IMG/VR virus record: IMGVR_UViG_3300043464_001630
Coordinates: 124,001-188,000 of that record
Reading direction: 5' to 3' (one strand)
DNA length: 64,000 nt
Shown here: one piece after another, positions 57,133-64,000 of the stretch
Layout: the number at the start of each line of letters is the position of its first letter
How positions within the stretch are numbered: the first letter of the stretch is position 1
Position numbers and translations under genes: made by a program
The notes under the pieces: model-generated
Told to the model about the DNA's origin: nothing
Database searches by the model: none
The model's input: only the letters and a program-made list of their open reading frames with translations

Positions 57133-60100
57133 TTAGGTCGCTGACCAGTTGTCGATGTTTATCCATCCTGTTGTTCCGTCACAATCTACATAGAATTCAA
57201 GAACACCAGTATCAGTTACTGCTGGAGAAACACCAGAAAGTTTCAAGAAAATTTCCGATGTAGTATCTAATTGATCCACCACAATGTCTGATGCTATTCC
57301 CATTGTTGCGTTACGTTTCAATATTAAACGAGGAGATGTGCCGTTATAAGCAACACCATTATTAGCTACTGAGGATTTTCTCATATAAACACTAATTCTA
57401 GTGGATTGTCCTGCACTTAGTGCTACGAATTTACTTCCACTGCGAAGTTTTAATGTAGTACTTTGTGGAGTTAAACGTTCAGAAGGTGCATTAGCTGCGC
57501 TGATGTTTCCAGTTAAGGTTGAATCAACAGCACGGTTACCAGCAGCAAGATAAGTTACGTTATAACCACTAGCATTATTCATGTTGGTGAATGCAAATCC
57601 AGTAGTTTTAAATACTTCTGGTTGATAATTAGAATTGGTTATACCAGTCCCAACTGGAAGATTGCTAACGTTTGTATTGCTGATTAGATAAGAACCTTCT
57701 ACTACATTTCTAGATGCAGTAACATTGAAGCTAGACCTTCCACTAACAGTAGAGTTGATTACATTAAATTGTGAGAATTTAGTGCTGTCTAAACTAATTC
57801 CAGATCCACTTAGTCCTCCAACAATAGCATCTTTAATTAATATTGGATAATAGTTGGTTCCAGAAAGAATGCCAATACCAGCAGATGTACTTGCAACATT
57901 ATTCATTAATGCTGTGATACCATCAATAGTGGTAGGTGCATTTCCTATGGAAGTTCTCATTCCATAGATGCCATTATTATTAAGTTGTAATGAAGAGAGA
58001 TTGCCAGATATGCAATAACCTTCAAATCCACCGCTTAGATTGTTATTAGCAACTAAACGATTGATGTTAAGAGTAACTGGAGTTAAATGGTTGATAGCAT
58101 TACCAGATAAACGGAAACCTAAAGTAGCGTTATTAGATGCAGTAATATTACTGAAAGTAGTGTTACTTACTAAACCGGGTACTGAACCATCAATGTAGAT
58201 GCCTTCTCCAATATTATGTATAGAGACGATATTAGTTAGATTTCCACATTGGCTAGCAGATAATACCAAACCGCTGTTACCGTTTCTGTAGTTAACAACG
58301 CCGGTGATATCTCCGTTTATATTTGAATTTGCAATAAGAGTTCCATTTGATCTTGCACCTATCACAGTATTGTCTGACATTGTAATTCCAGAAGAACTTA
58401 CACTTGCAAAGAATAATCCAGAGCTAGCAGAACTTAGTAAAGTATTACCAGTAACAGTCAATGCAGTCGCAGATACTGAACTTAATGATACACCATTACC
58501 ACCAGATCTAAAGAATACGTTATCTCTTAATGTTACACTTCCGATAGTAGGCTTACTACTTATGGTTGTAATATGTGTAGTACCACCAAATCCATCAGAA
58601 TTGAATGAATTACCACTTAATGTTACGAACCCATTTTGATTTACACCTACTACTAATCCTGTTTTGTTTACAGATGCAATACCAAAATTAGTGAATTGAG
58701 TATTAGTAATATTAACTTTAGCAGCATCTACAGCACGTACTGTACCGCGACTTGAAGATGAATTTCCACGAATGCTGACATTTCTGCTCAAGTTAGATAC
58801 AGTTGGTACATTTCCTAAAGATGTGACTGAAGGATGGTTAAATGCTGCACTTGCTGTGGTTCTGAATGTACTGTCACCATCAAATGATGATAGAGTCAAT
58901 ACATCAAAAGAATTAGCTTGGAAGGTGTTTGGCGTGAATACTACAGAATCACCTACTGACCAATTAGTAGAAACGGTATCTACAACGGTAAATGTTCTTG
59001 CTGAAGATAAAGAATCTGCGGTTAGATATGTATATGGTTTTTTGTATGCACCATATACATTCATATTACCGCCATTATGTGCATCAATTTGTGAATTTAA
59101 GAGTGATATATTATGTTGTACTGAGCTAGGTATTGGATTAGTTGACGTACCAATTTCTAACGTACCATCAGAAGTGATTTGTAATCCTTGAGATCCAGCT
59201 ACATTAATTGTTGTATTAGTTTGAGGGAATGTCAATTTTCCGCCATTATGTATGTAAATATTACCTTCTTCGATTGCAGATGCTGTCAATATACGTGCTT
59301 CGGAAGTTAATCCATTCAATGAACCACCTATATGTAAGTTATGTAGATTTTTAATAGTGTAAGTATTATCATAAGGATGCTTATAAAGAAATGGAGTATA
59401 ACTCAATACATTTAATGGAGATGCAGGAACAGTAAAGTCGGAAGTATATAATGCCGTATTTTTTACGATTCTAAAGTTTGAAATATTACCATTTAATCCT
59501 TCTAAGAATCCAGTATGTGGAGAAGCTCCGATATATAAATCTCTTAATGTAGAAGTAGTATTTATTGTTGTTGTTAATTTTAGAGATCCGTTTAGATATA
59601 AACGTAGACTTCCAGAAATTCTACATAAAGCTAAATGATGCCATTGATTTAATGGTACAGCTCCCCAGTTACCTACAAATGCACTATTATTATACATATC
59701 TCCCGAACCTACATTGGTTATACGACACAATAACCCATTATCGTTTCTATAATCACCATAAGAAAAGATAGTATAATAACCACCAGACGCTGTTAATCTA
59801 AACCAACATTCTACAGTAAAATCATTTGAATCTGTATTTAAATTATTTGATGGAACGGTGATATAATTAGAATTAGAGAAATATATACTACTATCAGTAC
59901 CAATACCAAATGGTGATGCTGAAGAAAGAGTTGGTGATCCAGTTTTAGTAAGCGTACCATATTCTATAAATGTGGATGGATTTTTAGTCGTGGTAGTAAT
60001 TAATCCTTTATTTACATTGCCATAACTACCCAATAAGAATGGATTACTATAAGTAGTAGTAAATCTAGTATCATATGCATCTTTCATCAAAAACACAGTA

Positions 60101-62358
60101 CCTGCTACAGCAGATAATGATGATGTAGATGGAGTAAAGTTTGATGTGTATAATGCGGTTCCGTTTACGATACGAAGATTTGATATATGACCATTAAAAA
60201 GTTCAGTATTGTCGGATGCACTACCGATTGTCATATTAGCAGTGCTGTCCATTAATAATGCAGTTGGTGTCCATGTTGCATCCAAAACACCGTTCAAAAA
60301 CAATCTAAAAGTTCCAGATTGTCTTGTAACTGTAATATGATACCATGTATTAGCATTGATTGTTGTTGCTCCAGTCACGGAATTAGCAGTACTATTTGCA
60401 AATACTTGCAATTTATTAGAACTTATTCTAATATGATATGCTACAGATCCGGCTGTTGAATTCCATGCTGTAAAACGACTAACTATTGCACCTGCTGAAG
60501 TGTCATTTCTATAAATCCAAGCTTCTATTGTGAAGTCTCCAGTTCCGAATGAAAATGTTGGATTGTACGGAGCTGTCAAATAAGTCGTACTACCATTAAA
60601 TCTAATACTACTATCAGTACCAACACCGAATGGTGATGCTGAAGAAAGTACTGGTGTATTAGTTGCACCATAAGTAAATGGCGAATACGGAGCTTTTAAT
60701 AATAAAGAAGTATTAGCGATATTTAAGAGTGGTGCTGTGGGTACGGCAAAATTAGATGTGTATACCGCAGTACCATTTACGATACGAAGATTTGAAATAT
60801 AACCTTTATGGTAATTTTGTATGATTGTACCTAGAGTTCCAATATTCAATGCTCCACCAGCAAGGGAAAGTGCTCCTGTATACGTTGCTCCTTCTTGGAC
60901 ACCATTCAAAAACATTTTATAAGAGCCGGGGCTACCTGCAACGGTTATATGATACCAAATGTTGGATTGAATATTAGTAGTACCTATAATATGTGGTGGA
61001 TTTCCAGCACCATAAAATCCAAATTTGGAATCATAATACTGCAATGTCCATCCAGCACCTGTGTTTAAATAGTTAGATGCAATAACATGATTGTTTAAAT
61101 CATCAAATCGTACCCAAGCTTCGATTGTAAATGTACCGGAAGGAAAATCAAAACCATTAGATTTAGGTGTAGTTAGATAATCCGTAGTTCCATTAAAATA
61201 CAAACTACCATCTTCTGCATTAACCCCACTAAATGGAGTCATTTCACTAACATAAGTTGGTGATGTTGGTGATTTATAGTTTGCTGTTGTAAATCCTGAA
61301 TCTAAAGCTAATGGTGAAGAGGGAACTGTAAAGTTTTTAGTGTATAAAGCTCTACCTGCAATTACACGCGCATTCGTAACAGAACCGTTTAGATACCACC
61401 ATGCACCACCATAAACTGATGCACCGATTTGAATACCATAATTAGTGTTATTGAAATAATTAACGGTATTGGCTTGCGGCGTTAAAGATACACCATTTAC
61501 ATAAGGAGTTAATACTCCATTTTTTCTACATATAGCTATATGAGTCCAAACCCCAACAGTAGGAGTGTAATCAAAACTTGGTCGACTTTCAACATCAGTG
61601 TATCTTGTGAACCATATTTTACCGTCATTCCAAAAAAGATGCCAATCATGCGGATAATATGGACTGCCATTATATCCAATACCTTTCATTAATAAAGGAT
61701 AGTATGTAGCAGTGCTGTTTATTTTAAACCATGTTTCAATAGTAAAATCTCCTGTACCGAATACCGTATCGTTATAACCTTCAAAATTTAATTTATTGCT
61801 GCTACTAGAATTGAATACATAGCTAGTTTCTAGTGGTGAACTTAAAAATGGCGAATCAGATTGTGTAAACGTTCCATTAAAAGTGCCTATCACGTCTTTA
61901 CTATCTTCAAAAGCTGTTAATACACCAACTAAAGATAATTGATTAGGATCTGATGTTAAAAAATCCAAACGAATTCTACTACCAGATGTAGAAGCGAAAG
62001 GGGTGGTTAATTTTAAAATTTGCCAATTTTGTGATGCATTAGAAATTAAATTATTTCTTCCATCGTATGATGTAAAAGAGCTAATAGCATAAGTTTCGGT
62101 AACATATGATGCTCCTGAAGATAACATCATCGACAATGTCCCTGTAGGATTAGCTGCACGGAAATTTACGTTTATTGCTACTGCTGATAAAGTACTACCA
62201 TCAGAAGTGATAGAATATATACTTATGTTAGGATTACCGTAGGATGTACCTACATTTATGTTTGATGTACCGTTAAAAAGATCCGCAGAGGATAATGTTT
62301 GACCGAATACATTTGAATCAGTTAAATTACCATCATTTAAAGAGAATAGAGTTGGCAT
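57133..62358 (-). CDS. Large adhesin/tailspike-like protein: 4 LamG (ConA-like) domains, parallel beta-helix, C-terminal domain
   Basis: Four FT(I/V)ExW...W(T/Y/H)H...NG...N(L/F/A)R(I/V) units; beta-helix-like Asn/Gly-rich repeats. Confidence 0.8.
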   Translation of the reverse strand: MPTLFSLNDGNLTDSNVFGQTLSSADLFNGTSNINVGTSYGNPNISIYSITSDGSTLSAVAINVNFRAANPTGTLSMMLSSGASYVTETYAISSFTSYDGRNNLISNASQNWQILKLTTPFASTSGSRIRLDFLTSDPNQLSLVGVLTAFEDSKDVIGTFNGTFTQSDSPFLSSPLETSYVFNSSSSNKLNFEGYNDTVFGTGDFTIETWFKINSTATYYPLLMKGIGYNGSPYYPHDWHLFWNDGKIWFTRYTDVESRPSFDYTPTVGVWTHIAICRKNGVLTPYVNGVSLTPQANTVNYFNNTNYGIQIGASVYGGAWWYLNGSVTNARVIAGRALYTKNFTVPSSPLALDSGFTTANYKSPTSPTYVSEMTPFSGVNAEDGSLYFNGTTDYLTTPKSNGFDFPSGTFTIEAWVRFDDLNNHVIASNYLNTGAGWTLQYYDSKFGFYGAGNPPHIIGTTNIQSNIWYHITVAGSPGSYKMFLNGVQEGATYTGALSLAGGALNIGTLGTIIQNYHKGYISNLRIVNGTAVYTSNFAVPTAPLLNIANTSLLLKAPYSPFTYGATNTPVLSSASPFGVGTDSSIRFNGSTTYLTAPYNPTFSFGTGDFTIEAWIYRNDTSAGAIVSRFTAWNSTAGSVAYHIRISSNKLQVFANSTANSVTGATTINANTWYHITVTRQSGTFRLFLNGVLDATWTPTALLMDSTANMTIGSASDNTELFNGHISNLRIVNGTALYTSNFTPSTSSLSAVAGTVFLMKDAYDTRFTTTYSNPFLLGSYGNVNKGLITTTTKNPSTFIEYGTLTKTGSPTLSSASPFGIGTDSSIYFSNSNYITVPSNNLNTDSNDFTVECWFRLTASGGYYTIFSYGDYRNDNGLLCRITNVGSGDMYNNSAFVGNWGAVPLNQWHHLALCRISGSLRLYLNGSLKLTTTINTTSTLRDLYIGASPHTGFLEGLNGNISNFRIVKNTALYTSDFTVPASPLNVLSYTPFLYKHPYDNTYTIKNLHNLHIGGSLNGLTSEARILTASAIEEGNIYIHNGGKLTFPQTNTTINVAGSQGLQITSDGTLEIGTSTNPIPSSVQHNISLLNSQIDAHNGGNMNVYGAYKKPYTYLTADSLSSARTFTVVDTVSTNWSVGDSVVFTPNTFQANSFDVLTLSSFDGDSTFRTTASAAFNHPSVTSLGNVPTVSNLSRNVSIRGNSSSSRGTVRAVDAAKVNITNTQFTNFGIASVNKTGLVVGVNQNGFVTLSGNSFNSDGFGGTTHITTISSKPTIGSVTLRDNVFFRSGGNGVSLSSVSATALTVTGNTLLSSASSGLFFASVSSSGITMSDNTVIGARSNGTLIANSNINGDITGVVNYRNGNSGLVLSASQCGNLTNIVSIHNIGEGIYIDGSVPGLVSNTTFSNITASNNATLGFRLSGNAINHLTPVTLNINRLVANNNLSGGFEGYCISGNLSSLQLNNNGIYGMRTSIGNAPTTIDGITALMNNVASTSAGIGILSGTNYYPILIKDAIVGGLSGSGISLDSTKFSQFNVINSTVSGRSSFNVTASRNVVEGSYLISNTNVSNLPVGTGITNSNYQPEVFKTTGFAFTNMNNASGYNVTYLAAGNRAVDSTLTGNISAANAPSERLTPQSTTLKLRSGSKFVALSAGQSTRISVYMRKSSVANNGVAYNGTSPRLILKRNATMGIASDIVVDQLDTTSEIFLKLSGVSPAVTDTGVLEFYVDCDGTTGWINIDNWSAT

Positions 62359-62377
62359 AATTTATAAAAAAAAAGTT

Positions 62378-64000
62378 TTAGGTTAAAGACCAGTTATCGA
62401 CATTTACAGAACCTGAAGTTCCAGAACAATCTACATATACTTCGAAAATTCCAGCCCTAGCTGCTGCGGGGATTAATCCAGTTAATAGTACCCATGAATC
62501 GGTAGTTGATGTAGTAGCTAATACTGTATCAGAAGCGTATCCTAACGAAGGATTACGTTTAAGCATCAATCTAGGAGTTGGTGAAGTACTGTAAACATAT
62601 ACACCTACTGTATAGCTATCACCAGAATTCACAGGAACTAACTTAGAACCACAACGAAGCTTTTTAGTCTCTGAAGTAGGTTCTAGTTTTTCTGAAATTA
62701 AATTACTGCTATAGTAACGAACAGTATCAGAAGAAATTTTACCAGCAGGAGTCCATCGGAAATGATTGTTAGATACGCCTCCAACTTTCATTGCAGCAAA
62801 TCCAGTCTCTAAGAACGTTTCTGACTGGTAATTAGCTAAAGTTGAAGAAAGAATTCCAGTATTGAAAGTGCAGTTATTAAATTGATAAGAACCTTCTAAA
62901 AGATTACGATTAGCGAGAGTCTTTACATCTACGTATGAACTTAATGTAGAAGATTCTAATGCAAATTGTTCAAATTTTGAACTATCAAGTAAAAGTGCGG
63001 AACCGTTATCAGCAGATAAAGTACTACTAATCAACCTAGCATTTTTAATTACAGTTGGGAAATAATTAGATCCACTAAGAATACCAAATGCACAGATTCC
63101 TGAGAATACATCTTTATAAATTGTTCCATATGGATCATTATAGAGAAGTACCGTGTTTGGTATTACATTTAATGGTGCTGCAATAGGAGTGAAATTATTC
63201 GTATATAATTCGATATTTTTAACAATTCTAATATTAGAAAGATATCCATTATATTGATGATTTACAGTACCAGTAGCATCTACATAACCAATTCTTAAAT
63301 CGTTATTAGCAGCACCGGGTCTACTGAAGTTTGATATCCTATTTTTTAATACACCGTCTACGAAAATAGAAGCATTACTACCATTTAATGTAACTGCAAC
63401 ATGATGCCAAGTGTTAATTTGTATTGAATTAGCAGCGGCTCCTATTCCCGTTACCCCACCAGCAGGTATACCTACCCCTATACTACCATCAGAACCAAAT
63501 GTAAACCATACTAGAGAAGAAGTGGATGCATTGCCTCCAGTCATGATTAATCGGCAACTATTACCAGCAGAAGGTAGATTTAAGGTATACATCCAAAATT
63601 CGTATGTAATCACATTATTACTAGCAATGGACAAATCATATACATTTGCTGTATATGGACTGATAGTAAGAGAATCGCTTGGATTGAATCGGATGCTACT
63701 ATCAGTACCAACGCCAAATGGAGATGCTGATGATAAAGTTGTACCAGTTTTGGTTAATGTATTTCCTGAAGAGAAAGTACCTTGTGAAGTTACTCCATCA
63801 AAAGTAGTAGCTCCGTTACCAATGCTGGTTTTAATTCCATAACCAACATTGTTGTTTAATGTCATGGAACTTAAATTACCAGTTATTGCATAACCTTCAA
63901 ATCCAGCATCACCGTTGTTATTTGCTAATACATTGTTGATATTAACAGTAATTGGTAAAAGTAGATTACCGCTACCTCCAGATAGTTCTAAACCAACAGT
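62378..64000 (-). CDS. Paralogous LamG/beta-helix adhesin, 5' end outside the window
   Basis: Frame is open from 64000 (TVGLELSGG...GFEGYAITGNLSSM); C-terminal domain homologous to 57133..62358. Confidence 0.8.
   Translation of the reverse strand, partial: TVGLELSGGSGNLLLPITVNINNVLANNNGDAGFEGYAITGNLSSMTLNNNVGYGIKTSIGNGATTFDGVTSQGTFSSGNTLTKTGTTLSSASPFGVGTDSSIRFNPSDSLTISPYTANVYDLSIASNNVITYEFWMYTLNLPSAGNSCRLIMTGGNASTSSLVWFTFGSDGSIGVGIPAGGVTGIGAAANSIQINTWHHVAVTLNGSNASIFVDGVLKNRISNFSRPGAANNDLRIGYVDATGTVNHQYNGYLSNIRIVKNIELYTNNFTPIAAPLNVIPNTVLLYNDPYGTIYKDVFSGICAFGILSGSNYFPTVIKNARLISSTLSADNGSALLLDSSKFEQFALESSTLSSYVDVKTLANRNLLEGSYQFNNCTFNTGILSSTLANYQSETFLETGFAAMKVGGVSNNHFRWTPAGKISSDTVRYYSSNLISEKLEPTSETKKLRCGSKLVPVNSGDSYTVGVYVYSTSPTPRLMLKRNPSLGYASDTVLATTSTTDSWVLLTGLIPAAARAGIFEVYVDCSGTSGSVNVDNWSLT

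Noticed and set aside
1-64000. Stop-codon reassignment as in some large phages
   Set aside because: Standard code gives dense full-length genes; TAA, TAG and TGA all end genes at sensible boundaries
1-64000. tRNA or rRNA genes
   Set aside because: Intergenic gaps are mostly too short and no cloverleaf was recognised by eye

Overview
AT-rich window from a large T4-like (myovirus) phage genome, mostly the virion morphogenesis region: neck, tail sheath and tube, tape measure, baseplate, and many Ig, LamG, collar and repeat fibre proteins. A few non-structural genes are interspersed (dUTPase, clamp loader, PD-(D/E)XK nuclease). Three things stand out. (1) The large terminase is a fractured gene: an atypically split intein (35-aa IntN, 117-aa IntC) interrupts Walker A, a free-standing zinc-finger/Vsr-like endonuclease gene sits between the halves, and the second half carries two more cis mini-inteins. 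(2) 25 genes have the T4-type late promoter core TAAATA 5-7 nt before the start codon (17 at exactly 5 nt), implying a largely leaderless late transcriptome. (3) A transposase-less TnpB with intact catalytic residues, an omegaRNA-like 3' end and its own late promoter is paired with a small zinc-finger gene. It appears to have split a small phage gene, consistent with RNA-guided homing. All product calls come from motif recognition and synteny by eye; no searches were run.
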